Shown: in pieces, positions 19,104 to 29,268 of the stretch
How the letters are laid out: each line of letters starts with the position of its first letter
Numbering within the stretch: position 1 is the stretch's first letter
Source: Pseudomonadota bacterium
GTDB lineage: Bacteria; Desulfobacterota; Desulfobulbia; Desulfobulbales; Desulfurivibrionaceae
Length of the DNA: 64,000 nt
Reading direction: 5' to 3'
NCBI GenBank assembly: GCA_018829945.1
Contig: JAHJTI010000246.1
Location: forward strand, 51 to 64,050
Program-made: the position numbers and the translations under genes
Notes under the pieces: model-generated
Seen by the model: the letters and a program-made list of their open reading frames with translations, nothing else
Database searches by the model: none
What the model was told of the DNA's origin: nothing

Positions 19104-20052
19104 ATTCCTTCACTTCCCGCGACAAATCCGCAGGGATTCCAACATCATTCTTGCACACAAAAGTCCGAGGAACTTCATGACGCCTTTGCAAATGAACATT
19201 GTGCGACCGAAAAAAACTTTCCAGCCGCGCAAGCTCGCCGTGCACGTCATGACAGAGATCTTCGTATTGTATGGAAAAAAAACATTCCGGCTGGTTGGCG
19301 AAGGCTCGTCTGTCCTCTTCAATCAATTCGTTGATCCTGACTATCTGCTCAACTACCTGCCGGGCCGGAGGCAATTTTTTCAGACCTTCACAGCCGGGTG
19401 GCTCCATTGACCACCACTGTTCATAACACCCAAAAACACGCTTCCTTACTTCCAGTAATGAGTGGGCATTGTCAACGACATCACGCTTAATTACAATAAT
19501 TAACGCCTCCGGCACATGTGCGAGAAGAGGGTCAAGACGCAACGCCACATACATATTTTTAAACAATAGCGGCCTGCCAAAGGCTGAAATCAATGCGGCA
19601 AGCGATCTCCTGAAACAACGCATTTTTACTCCATCCACATCGCCCAAGGTCACATACGCGGGTTTCCTGCGGAAAAATCGATACCACCAAGCACCACATT
19701 CGGCGGGGGAGGCCCAGCCCTTTGTAACCCCGTGTTTGGAATGATAATCGGATTGGGGACGATCCTTTGTGGGATGGAACCATTTTTCAATCAGTGAGGG
19801 AGCCCCATAAAACAAACAATGCAGGTTGGAAATATAGCCGACATCAAAAGCCTCTGTCAGAATCTGCATCAATAGTGTACTGCCGGAGCGAGGAGCACCT
19901 ATGATGAATATGGGGGGGTGCACAAAGGGATGAGAGGGATCCGGAGAAATCACGCGCTCCGTATAATGCAAAAAAACCCGGTTAAACAACTTGCTGGCTT
20001 GACGCCCTAAGACTCGCAAAAGCCAAGGCACGGAAAAACATTTGTTACCCAT
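19084..20052 (-). CDS. Sulfotransferase
   Basis: PAPS-binding loop PIFIIGAPRSGSTLL, R...NAHS, YEDL. Confidence 0.85.
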   Translation of the reverse strand: MGNKCFSVPWLLRVLGRQASKLFNRVFLHYTERVISPDPSHPFVHPPIFIIGAPRSGSTLLMQILTEAFDVGYISNLHCLFYGAPSLIEKWFHPTKDRPQSDYHSKHGVTKGWASPAECGAWWYRFFRRKPAYVTLGDVDGVKMRCFRRSLAALISAFGRPLLFKNMYVALRLDPLLAHVPEALIIVIKRDVVDNAHSLLEVRKRVFGCYEQWWSMEPPGCEGLKKLPPARQVVEQIVRINELIEEDRRAFANQPECFFSIQYEDLCHDVHGELARLESFFRSHNVHLQRRHEVPRTFVCKNDVGIPADLSREVKEYAESRV

Positions 20053-21667
20053 GACTGTTCACGACAGAGACAGAATTAAAAACATGTTTACTACAAGAAG
20101 GCACCTTCAAAAGCCACCATTTAGGCGTAGGACCAGACCATGGAGTTTCGTGTCGTAGATCCTCTGCATACTCTGCCCAATCAAACACAGATACCGCCTC
20201 AAAACCAATCCCGGCCCAACACCCATCAAGGACACTTCCGGAATCTTGATAGACAATCACATGGTCAACCTTCCAGCGGGAAACATTTTCCAAGACCTCA
20301 TCAACTCTGCGCCCCCAAATATTGGGGGCTCCTTCGTAATTAGTTTCCATAACAGCCCACCAACTGGGAAGAAAGTGCACTTTTTTAAGCGTCGAGACGA
20401 AGATTGGCAGCTCAAGCAAAACGCGATACCCGTCAAATATTTTTTCATAACAATTTTCAGGATCGGTAAAAGCCATCAACACCCGTTTCCCACTCGTGAC
20501 CGGCGCCAAAAAATCTGACATGGAATCAATCAACCCCCTAACACGGAATGGCGCGAGTGCAGGAGGGATATCTGGTGGAGCAGCGACTGATTTGAAACCG
20601 AGCATTAACGGTAAAGGGGAAATAACCAACCAAAATGAGGGGAGCAGCATTAAATCCACTTGCTGCATCATCAAGGCGACGGCCAGACCAAACATCGTCA
20701 TATAAAGGGATTGCTCATCCGCGAATCGGGCAACCATCGTATTAACCAAATAGAGCGCCACCCCAGCCCCCCACAGGATGGGCAATTGCCCAGATATCCA
20801 CCAATAGACAAGACCAAATTGGAAATACAATAAAAAGAAATATACATGGCGAATATTAAGCAAGTTGCGTTTTCGCCTATACTTCACATTTATTTTCTGA
20901 AAGCCAATCAATTTCAAAACAGGATTGAGACAGCCCCAGACATTTCCGCCAGTCCTCGTAGACCATAAAAAATGCGTCAACAATTTGCATCCTGCCGGCA
21001 TGACTGACAACAGGGGTAACCATGTCATCTCCTGACAGGAATACGCGACAGCCAGTATACTGGCAATAAAAACAACCGTGAAACTGCCGAAACTTGCGGC
21101 AAACCACGCGACACAGGCTATCCAATATTGCCCTGTAACCCACCCCCACAGCCCTAACGGGAAAAACATCCACCCCAAAGCATTATAATTAAGATAGCCA
21201 AAAGCCCCAGCGTAAAACTTAGTGCTAAAAAGAGCCACAACAAGAATCAGTGCTCCCCACCAAAAAGGAACAGACTCAAGCCAAAAAAAATGCATGCCCC
21301 ACCAGCCAAACATAGAGAGCAGAGGCAATACTGCACCGGCACAAAAATAAAAATAACTTGAAACAAGAGTAACTTGAAACCACTGTCCAAGCTGACATTC
21401 CCCAAGGCCAAGAAAAGGACTAACTCCGCCTCTCCCAAAATAATCAAGATTTTTCGCCTGAGTCCAATAAAAAAGAGAATTGATCCCGTTAGTTACTGCA
21501 AAACGGTTATAATCCGACCATTTTCCCGCGGCCAGAATTCTTGCAGACCACAAGGTTTGAAAAAATCTTACGGGAGTCATGACAAGCGTTGTTACAGGAT
21601 AGGCCAACACCCTGACAATAATAAACCAACCAAATTTATCGACCAATCTCTGGAGTTCTTCTTTCAT
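20045..21667 (-). CDS. Multi-pass membrane protein with soluble C-terminal domain, function unknown
   Basis: 540-aa ORF with many Trp/Phe-rich hydrophobic segments; overlaps both neighbours. Confidence 0.75.
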   Translation of the reverse strand: MKEELQRLVDKFGWFIIVRVLAYPVTTLVMTPVRFFQTLWSARILAAGKWSDYNRFAVTNGINSLFYWTQAKNLDYFGRGGVSPFLGLGECQLGQWFQVTLVSSYFYFCAGAVLPLLSMFGWWGMHFFWLESVPFWWGALILVVALFSTKFYAGAFGYLNYNALGWMFFPLGLWGWVTGQYWIACVAWFAASFGSFTVVFIASILAVAYSCQEMTWLPLLSVMPAGCKLLTHFLWSTRTGGNVWGCLNPVLKLIGFQKINVKYRRKRNLLNIRHVYFFLLYFQFGLVYWWISGQLPILWGAGVALYLVNTMVARFADEQSLYMTMFGLAVALMMQQVDLMLLPSFWLVISPLPLMLGFKSVAAPPDIPPALAPFRVRGLIDSMSDFLAPVTSGKRVLMAFTDPENCYEKIFDGYRVLLELPIFVSTLKKVHFLPSWWAVMETNYEGAPNIWGRRVDEVLENVSRWKVDHVIVYQDSGSVLDGCWAGIGFEAVSVFDWAEYAEDLRHETPWSGPTPKWWLLKVPSCSKHVFNSVSVVNSHG

Positions 21668-23121
21668 CTTCGTCCGACAAAACTACGGGCAGATCCCCAG
21701 GCGGCGAACAACTGTTTTTTGGGAACAGACATCATTAGCACCAAAAGTATCACAAGAGCTGCAAACGGCCCAACTTGCACGAAGGCCGCCTTCTGAGAGT
21801 AGGAGAAAAGAATATATCCTGTTGCCACAATTCCCAAAACCACCTGCAAAATCATCCGTCCGAAAGGATAACGAACCGCCCACAACTTTTCACTGATCGC
21901 CAGAACCAGCACGTTCCAGATCAAGAAGGAGATTGAGGTGGCCACGGCAGCCCCCATCCCACCCATCGACGGCACCAAAATCGCATCAAGAACGACATTA
22001 AGAACAGCCGCAGCCCCGGCCAACAATGGCAACACAGCGGTTTTTTCCGCCTTCCAGATGCCGCCTGCACCAATTAAATAAAACCCATAAAAAACAGAAT
22101 ACCAAGCGAGAACTCCGATAAGGGGATATGCGCCATAATATTCAGGGGGAGTCAGCCAACGAACAATATAAGGCGAGATGGCCGTAAGCAAAACAACGCA
22201 TGCAACCCCGCAGCCAAGATACAAGCGGCCTATTGTCCTGAACAAAACCGGGCCGTCATCGCCATGCATGGAATCCATGGCAATCGGCCACCAAGCTTGC
22301 CTGAAAGTGGTAACCGCCAAGGCAATTACCATGGCAAATTTAGCCCCAACGGCATAAAGACCCAAGGCCTCCTGCCCGGCATAGTGGCTCACAAACCACC
22401 TATCAGAGGTATTAAGGACATAGATGGCCAACCCGGAGGGAACAAGCGGGGCTCCGAACTTCAACAAACGAGGCCACCAATCCTTGTGCAGTTTTGAAAA
22501 ATCAAGGAATTCCCTGATATAAAACCAACCTAAACCAGTAGAAATCAATGATCCAGCAAGAGATCCTGCCAAATACCCCTTTATCCCAAGCCCTAACATT
22601 AAAATTAAAACAAGGGCTACGGCAGACGAGACAACGGTATTTCCCAAAGTAATACCAATAAACCGCCAAGGCTTATACAGTAATCGAAAAACCTCGGCGC
22701 TCTGACTCACCAATTGACTGAAAAGCACTCCCACAAAGGCTATGGCAAAATATTCCCAGGTCAATTTGCCTTGAAAAAAGAAATAATTCAACACGGGGGA
22801 TAACAATGTTGCGCATACAACAATGACTGTGCCCCAAAGTATACGCCATTGCACAATTGCGGAAACTACAGCAGTTTGCGCGGAATGACCGCTATTTTTT
22901 TGCTCAAAAAAATAAAAACTTTGCGCGGAATCCATCCCCATTTGGAGCAACATTGAGAGAAAGCCGGCCAAAACAGTCAGCATCTCAATAGTGCCATAAT
23001 CAGCAGGAGAGAAAATTCGAGTATAAACAGGAAGGAGAAAAAAGCCTATGCTCTTGGCAAAAACTCCACCCAAGCCATAAACTAGAGAATCTCTACCAAG
23101 CTGCTTTAATCTCCTTTTCAT
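21664..23121 (-). CDS. wzx: Wzx-type oligosaccharide flippase
   Basis: LLPVYTR.FSP.DYG, LLKFGAPL, DRWF....G...LGLYAVG; highly hydrophobic. Confidence 0.88.
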   Translation of the reverse strand: MKRRLKQLGRDSLVYGLGGVFAKSIGFFLLPVYTRIFSPADYGTIEMLTVLAGFLSMLLQMGMDSAQSFYFFEQKNSGHSAQTAVVSAIVQWRILWGTVIVVCATLLSPVLNYFFFQGKLTWEYFAIAFVGVLFSQLVSQSAEVFRLLYKPWRFIGITLGNTVVSSAVALVLILMLGLGIKGYLAGSLAGSLISTGLGWFYIREFLDFSKLHKDWWPRLLKFGAPLVPSGLAIYVLNTSDRWFVSHYAGQEALGLYAVGAKFAMVIALAVTTFRQAWWPIAMDSMHGDDGPVLFRTIGRLYLGCGVACVVLLTAISPYIVRWLTPPEYYGAYPLIGVLAWYSVFYGFYLIGAGGIWKAEKTAVLPLLAGAAAVLNVVLDAILVPSMGGMGAAVATSISFLIWNVLVLAISEKLWAVRYPFGRMILQVVLGIVATGYILFSYSQKAAFVQVGPFAALVILLVLMMSVPKKQLFAAWGSARSFVGRR

Positions 23122-23131
23122 CAGTAAAAGA

Positions 23132-24562
23132 CTAGTAGTGAGTATTGGATTGAGAATGGGACTTCTTTAGATTTGTTGCAAAATAAGACACCCCACCTGC
23201 AACAAATTGGAAGAATCTCTTCGGGGGCAAGCGAATAGCATGCCGCGTGAGATTGGCAATTCTTTTGGGAAAAAAATAAAAATCCCGAAACGCCTTACGC
23301 GCCATCAAAACCACCTCATGCCTTTCCAAGCCGTGAGGGACCCAAATTTCCTCTTGATCCTTCAACAACATATTGGATTCGTTTCCAATATGTTGCCAAC
23401 TCCCTGTATTTTTGCATGTTTCATAAATAGGCGTGCCTTTAAAAGGCTCGAAAATTGGGAACACTGCAAACGTTAACCGGGATCTTTTTGCAAAATTAAT
23501 TGTTTTTTCAATATCCTCACAACTTTCCCCTGGAAGTCCAATCATAAACGATGACGATGTCAATATTCCGGCCTGACTAGCGCATTCTATTCCCCTTACA
23601 TTTATTTCATGTGTCAAGCCTTTATTTAGGATTTCTAGTGTTTTGTCGTTTGCACTTTCACAACCAAAAGTAACAAGATAACAGCCAGAATCCTTCATTG
23701 CCTGACACAACTCATCATCCAAACATTGTGTTCGAGTAAAACACGACCATTTAAACTGCAAATTTTCTTTCTTTAACCTATCGCATAAAAGCAAGACTCT
23801 TTTCTTGTCTAAGGTGAACAAATCATCATAAAACATTATAGAATCATACCCAAGCTCGCCATACCTCTTGAGCTCTTCCATAATAGAGTCTAGACCTCTA
23901 TAGCGTATCCTTCTTCCCATCACCTCGGAAGCCGCGCAAAAAGCACACTTAAAAGGGCACCCTCTTGAGGTTAAAGTATGTATAACCTTTTTGCCCAAAA
24001 CATGAACAGGAGGCTTATACTTTGACAAGTCATATTTTTCGACATCCGGTTTACCTATCGAGTCAAGATCCTCTACAACATCTGAGACTTGATTATATGT
24101 AAACTTTCCCAAAATTTTTCTGGAAACACCCTTAATTTCAGAATTTATCCTTTGGTTATTTAATTGATCGAATAATTCATGGACTGCAATTTCACCTTCT
24201 CCGGAAATAACATAATCAATGTAATGGGAATCTAATTCGTATGGAAAAAGAGTAGCGTGGGGGCCGCCTGCTAATACAATGATATTAGGATTGTTATTTT
24301 TTAACAATTCAGACAATAATATTATTGTCTGATAATTCGTTATATATGCAGAGAAACCAACAACTTCATAACTTCTTAGTACCTTACAAGATTCAGTGAC
24401 ATTTACCTCTGAATGATCTAACAAATCTACATGGAATCCTTTTTTCCTTAAATAGGAAGACAAGAAGGCTATCCCAAGTAAAGGAAAATCAGGCGAAAGA
24501 TTTTTCATACTTCCATAGCTTTCCTCTCTAGTAGCCGGAGGATTAACTAAAGCAATTTTCAT
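23132..24562 (-). CDS. Cobalamin-binding radical SAM protein (class B methyltransferase-like)
   Basis: N-terminal B12 domain (GGPHAT...GEGE), TSRGCPFKCAFC (CxxxCxxC), YDDLF, FGCES, FMIGLPGE. Confidence 0.9.
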   Translation of the reverse strand: MKIALVNPPATREESYGSMKNLSPDFPLLGIAFLSSYLRKKGFHVDLLDHSEVNVTESCKVLRSYEVVGFSAYITNYQTIILLSELLKNNNPNIIVLAGGPHATLFPYELDSHYIDYVISGEGEIAVHELFDQLNNQRINSEIKGVSRKILGKFTYNQVSDVVEDLDSIGKPDVEKYDLSKYKPPVHVLGKKVIHTLTSRGCPFKCAFCAASEVMGRRIRYRGLDSIMEELKRYGELGYDSIMFYDDLFTLDKKRVLLLCDRLKKENLQFKWSCFTRTQCLDDELCQAMKDSGCYLVTFGCESANDKTLEILNKGLTHEINVRGIECASQAGILTSSSFMIGLPGESCEDIEKTINFAKRSRLTFAVFPIFEPFKGTPIYETCKNTGSWQHIGNESNMLLKDQEEIWVPHGLERHEVVLMARKAFRDFYFFPKRIANLTRHAIRLPPKRFFQFVAGGVSYFATNLKKSHSQSNTHY

Positions 24563-24732
24563 AAATCATCCTTGCTAAATTACTACGATTCATTGGCCGC
24601 AATACAACTGTGCAAATTTGGTATTTCGGCTGTCATTATCAGTTTTAAAAAATCTGGAAACTTCTCCCCGGACTTTCTTAGTTTGTTCTGAGATGGTTAT
24701 ATCTGGCAGGACGCTTTATCGGTAGTAGATTT

Positions 24733-26400
24733 CTAATTCTCAAGTGATGCCACCACATCGCTTAACCTCGTTTGATTTACCAAAAAATGCTCATGATTTA
24801 CTTGGTCTATGTCAAACGACTTTTTAACCCCTGTTGACACAAACGCCGGGAAATAACGAGCCGATGCCATATGTATAGCCACGAATTGACGACCCGACTC
24901 AAACTTTTCCAACCTAACATGTGTAGCAATATTGATTTCATCATGTACAATAATATCGTCATTTGAAATTTCGACTTTCCGAACCAAAGTAATCCTATTA
25001 TCCGGATGTTGCCTGATCAATGCAAAGACCATTATTTTTTTTATAAAATTATTTAATGATAAATTCCGCATAAGAGATAAATTCAAAAGCCTTAATGCAA
25101 CTGTCATGATAGGACTTTGAACCAGAGTAGAAATTTTCGCAAACCCGATTGTTATTTTTAATACTGCAGGATTACTTGACAAGAGTACAGATGTTCCGTG
25201 CGCTTGACTAGTGAGCAACTTACCATTAGCAAGCTGCGCCACGTATCCAAATTCATTCCATACAGCCTTTTTTGTCTTTTGACAAAACACCTTAACTATC
25301 CCAGAATTACTAATAATTGTATAAAATTTAGCGTTCCCATACACAAAGAACCCAGCACCAGGGAAATATGTACATACTCGATTTTGGTTGCATGGCAAAA
25401 CATATCCGTCATTCGTGTCCAAATCAGTTTTTTTAATATCTACAAGAAGAAGATAATTACACAGTAACGGGGCGTAATTACCCATGTCAACATCACCCAT
25501 CCCGATAGTTTTTCCGGCGACCATTGACTCGATCATTTTATTATTCAGTGCACTTGCTACAGCGTTGTATCGCGCGAGAATAGCAATCCCACCAGGGTAG
25601 TAGAGACTTGTTTTTCTGCTACCATACTCACCCCCAAAAGTCCCATCTGGATGCGCAAAATACGACAAAAATGTCAATGAATTACTAAGTGCTTCCTTCA
25701 AAATCTGGTTATGAGCTATCAAGTTATACTGGACCAAGTAGTAAACACATAATGTTTGATATCCAGGATCTGCTCCATCATATTCAACAAACCAGCCTTC
25801 TTCATGTTGATTAACCAATATACGACCCACGAGCTCTTCTGCACGTTGCAAAAATTTCCTTTCATGGAAATAGTCACCACATACCGCCAGAGATAACGCC
25901 GCACCAGCTAAGTGATTTGAAATCAACCCGTGTAATTCATCGTGCTCACATAAAAAATTTGCTGCCTTTCGAATAGAACATTCAAGTCGTACCCTCAAGC
26001 TCTCGGGAGCGTAGGGGCGAACCACCTTGAATGCTTCGAGTAATGGATGGATTAAAAAAGCAGTAGCCCCAAAGCTATACTCATTAGGGAATGCCTGATC
26101 AAATGAACCATTGTCATGTTGTATTTTTAATGAAAAGTCTATTCCATCAATGATGGCTTCTATTAATATGGTGTCACTTAAGCCAAAACAGTTTTTGTGT
26201 TGCTTTAATGCCCAAGCAAGGGGGAGCACGTTCCGCTGATACGTTGCTTCCGGAAAATCAGCTATTTTCCAACCCCAGTATCTCCTGTCAAAAGACCCTC
26301 TTGTTGGTGAGTACGCATCTCTATCTTGCTCACTTAACAGATGCCTACATGACAAGAAAATAAATTGCCGAATCGTGTCTATGTATTCGGTGTCATCCAT
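24733..26400 (-). CDS. Hypothetical protein, probable (alpha/alpha)-barrel carbohydrate-active fold
   Basis: Repeated Q...G.F-type motifs (QHDNGSF, QHEEGWF, HPDGTF), SNH, EY.GADPGY; start overlaps the asnB stop by 8 nt. Confidence 0.7.
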   Translation of the reverse strand: MDDTEYIDTIRQFIFLSCRHLLSEQDRDAYSPTRGSFDRRYWGWKIADFPEATYQRNVLPLAWALKQHKNCFGLSDTILIEAIIDGIDFSLKIQHDNGSFDQAFPNEYSFGATAFLIHPLLEAFKVVRPYAPESLRVRLECSIRKAANFLCEHDELHGLISNHLAGAALSLAVCGDYFHERKFLQRAEELVGRILVNQHEEGWFVEYDGADPGYQTLCVYYLVQYNLIAHNQILKEALSNSLTFLSYFAHPDGTFGGEYGSRKTSLYYPGGIAILARYNAVASALNNKMIESMVAGKTIGMGDVDMGNYAPLLCNYLLLVDIKKTDLDTNDGYVLPCNQNRVCTYFPGAGFFVYGNAKFYTIISNSGIVKVFCQKTKKAVWNEFGYVAQLANGKLLTSQAHGTSVLLSSNPAVLKITIGFAKISTLVQSPIMTVALRLLNLSLMRNLSLNNFIKKIMVFALIRQHPDNRITLVRKVEISNDDIIVHDEINIATHVRLEKFESGRQFVAIHMASARYFPAFVSTGVKKSFDIDQVNHEHFLVNQTRLSDVVASLEN

Positions 26401-28288
26401 CAATAAACCTCTGATGCCACAACTCCAAGGACAGCGCACCCCAAAGTTGCCGACTACCCACCCCTTGGTTGTCGGCCATACTTCTTAACGCCTTTTCGCT
26501 ATAAATCCCACGCGTACGGCTCGCTTCACCAAGGAGGGTATCATTGACGAAACCCCTGACAACACCTCCCTGCATCCATTCCGCCAACGGCACTGGAAAC
26601 CCCATCTTGTCCTTTCTTGCAAGAACCTGATCGGGGATAATGTTCCGCACCGCACTCTTGAGCAACGCCTTGGTTTTCCCGCCCTTAAACTTCATGGCGG
26701 GCGGGGCACTCCCGACAAGTTCCACAATCCGCGGATCGAGAATCGGCACCCGTGATTCCAGCGAAACCGCCATACTCACCCGATCTTCCACGTGGAGCAA
26801 AGCAGGAAGCAGGGTTTTAAAATCAAAATGAGTCATCTTGTTAATGTAAGACTTTGTATCCGGATGGTTGAACAGTACCTGAAAATCCGCGAAGACCTCT
26901 TGCCGATCCAGTTTGCTCAACATTTCCTCGGTCAAAAGAGAAGAGATATCCGGACTACGATCTATCAGCCGAAAATAACGGGCGTCCATTTCGTCAAATA
27001 AACCATCACGCCAAAAATTTTTCATTAAGGGGCCATATTGACGCAAAAGCGGTAAATTCGGAATTATGCTATCAAGCCCGACAAGATGGCTCCCCTCCTC
27101 CTGAGTCTCGTAGATAGCCCCCTTCAACGCCTGCTCAAGATAGCCGACGAGATAACGGGCATACCCTCCAAAAATTTCATCGCCACCCTGACCGCCAAGT
27201 ACAACCTTGACATGCTGCACCGCCAACCGACTGACCATATATTGAGGAAAAACACCCGGCCCGGCCAACGGCTCGTCCATGGCGTGCATGATTTTCGGCA
27301 GGAACTCGACAAAATCATCCGCTGAAAGAACAACTTCATGGATCAAAGCCTTGGCGTGACCGGCAACAAGTCTTGCGTAAGAAGATTCGTCATAGGCTGG
27401 AGATTCAAGGAACTTACCGGTAAACACCGGCATTCCCTCCTCAAGACAACTTGCCGCCATACAGGTAACTACGCTTGAGTCAATGCCTCCCGAAAGGTAG
27501 GCGCCCAAGGGCACGTCGCTACGAACCTGTAGCTTGGCGCTGTCTTCAAGAAGCGAGCGAAGCCGCCCCACAAAATATTGCTCGGTATGGTGTTCATCAA
27601 CACGAAAACAGGCGTCCCAATATCGGGTGGTACCATGGATGACTCCACCTTGCCCCTGGACAAAATGACCCGGTTCAATTTTTTTAATATGTTTGAACAG
27701 CGTTTCGCCATTCAAGCAAAATTGAAAGGTGAAGTAGTGGTTTAATCCTTTGAGGTTCACCTCAGGATGCACATCAGGATGTGCCAACATGGCTTTTATT
27801 TCCGAGGCAAAAAGAAGTTGACCGTTCTCCATCTCCATGAAATACAACGGTTTGATACCAAAATGATCACGGGCCATCAGCCATTCGCCCGTATGGGTGT
27901 CCAAAAAAACAAAGGCGAACATGCCATTAAGCTTCGTTAACGCATCCTCGCGGTAGTGAATGAGCATATACAACAGCACTTCCGTATCGGAGAAGGTCTG
28001 AAAATGCTGACCGCGCTGAATGAGTTTTTGGCGCAATTCCAAATAGTTGTATATTTCTCCATTGAAGACGAGAACATACCGTCGATCAGAAGAAAGCATG
28101 GGCTGCGCGCCATGATCAAGGTCGATAATTGCCAGCCGTTGATGACCAAGAATCCCGTGCCGGGCAACGTGAAGACCGTCGCCGTCCGGCCCCCTGTGCC
28201 GCAGACGATTTTTCATCTCCTCGACAATCTTTTTCTCTCTATCCCCAAGCTGCTCTGGGGGGGATAGGACCCCACAAATTCCACACAT
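26393..28288 (-). CDS. asnB: Asparagine synthase-like glutamine amidotransferase
   Basis: MCGICG, HRGPD, RLAIID, FNGEIYN, LSGGIDSS, GGDEIFGGY, DRVSMA.SLE.R.P. Confidence 0.93.
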   Translation of the reverse strand: MCGICGVLSPPEQLGDREKKIVEEMKNRLRHRGPDGDGLHVARHGILGHQRLAIIDLDHGAQPMLSSDRRYVLVFNGEIYNYLELRQKLIQRGQHFQTFSDTEVLLYMLIHYREDALTKLNGMFAFVFLDTHTGEWLMARDHFGIKPLYFMEMENGQLLFASEIKAMLAHPDVHPEVNLKGLNHYFTFQFCLNGETLFKHIKKIEPGHFVQGQGGVIHGTTRYWDACFRVDEHHTEQYFVGRLRSLLEDSAKLQVRSDVPLGAYLSGGIDSSVVTCMAASCLEEGMPVFTGKFLESPAYDESSYARLVAGHAKALIHEVVLSADDFVEFLPKIMHAMDEPLAGPGVFPQYMVSRLAVQHVKVVLGGQGGDEIFGGYARYLVGYLEQALKGAIYETQEEGSHLVGLDSIIPNLPLLRQYGPLMKNFWRDGLFDEMDARYFRLIDRSPDISSLLTEEMLSKLDRQEVFADFQVLFNHPDTKSYINKMTHFDFKTLLPALLHVEDRVSMAVSLESRVPILDPRIVELVGSAPPAMKFKGGKTKALLKSAVRNIIPDQVLARKDKMGFPVPLAEWMQGGVVRGFVNDTLLGEASRTRGIYSEKALRSMADNQGVGSRQLWGALSLELWHQRFIDG

Positions 28289-28468
28289 TTTATCTTTTTC
28301 TCACATTTGCGTAGATCATAACCCCGAAATTCTTATCAAGAAAACGGTGCATAGATCGTGGAACTAGAAAAGGCAGTGCTAGTACTCGGGCAAAGAAGGT
28401 CTGGTAAACGAAAATATTCCCCAGAAGAATTTAACTTCGCGAACATTTTTATCCATTTGTGCCTCGGA

Positions 28469-29248
28469 TCAGGATTTAGAATATTTACCGTAAGTGTTCC
28501 GCCACCCCCCCCATGGCCAATAGTACAAAACCGTCATCACCATATAACCCAGAGTCGTAACGCTACCCACCATCTTACTGTCTGTCACCTTCTGATCATA
28601 CCGCAACAGGAAAGGAACCTCGGCGAACTTGGCCCGCATCAACTTCAGCTTTACAAGCTTTTCAAGGGTGCAGGTAAAACCAAGCCCTTTCAATTGAATA
28701 AAGCTGTTTCCATAAAATTTGACCGCTTCTTTTATCGTTTCAGCGCGATAAGCACGAAAACCGCATGAATACTCTTTCAGCCCCTTGATAGGGAAAAAAA
28801 TCTTCATGAACAGGTTGGCACAACGACTGACAAAAGCACGATAACTGCTTACACCCTCCTGCCCGCCGCCAGGTTCAAAACGCGATGCGATAACAACATC
28901 GAATCCTTCCCTCACTTTATTCACCAGAGTGGGGATAAAGTCCGGCTCATGCGTATCATCGCAGTCAAGACGGACAATTACATCAGCCTCACCACACAAT
29001 TCGGCAGCTCGCTCGAAGAGGTCTCGAGATGTTTCACCCAGTCCTCTATTTATCTTGTGCTGAATTATATCCAAAGGCATCTGAGACGCATACTGCTCAA
29101 GATATTGTTGCGTTTTGTCATCACTCCCGTCATTACAGGCTATTACAAGGTACGGCTCCCCACACCCGGCCATAGTTTCCTTGATTTTGGGCATTAAGTT
29201 GTGCAAAGATTTCTCCTCGTTATAAGCAGGAAGAAGAATATAAATCAT
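28469..29248 (-). CDS. GT2 glycosyltransferase (polyprenol-phosphate sugar synthase-like)
   Basis: LPAYNE, NDGS.D, N.GLG, DCD (DxD), ASRF, GFRAYR. Confidence 0.88.
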   Translation of the reverse strand: MIYILLPAYNEEKSLHNLMPKIKETMAGCGEPYLVIACNDGSDDKTQQYLEQYASQMPLDIIQHKINRGLGETSRDLFERAAELCGEADVIVRLDCDDTHEPDFIPTLVNKVREGFDVVIASRFEPGGGQEGVSSYRAFVSRCANLFMKIFFPIKGLKEYSCGFRAYRAETIKEAVKFYGNSFIQLKGLGFTCTLEKLVKLKLMRAKFAEVPFLLRYDQKVTDSKMVGSVTTLGYMVMTVLYYWPWGGWRNTYGKYSKS

Positions 29249-29268
29249 TGGAACTCCTGTTCAGGCCC

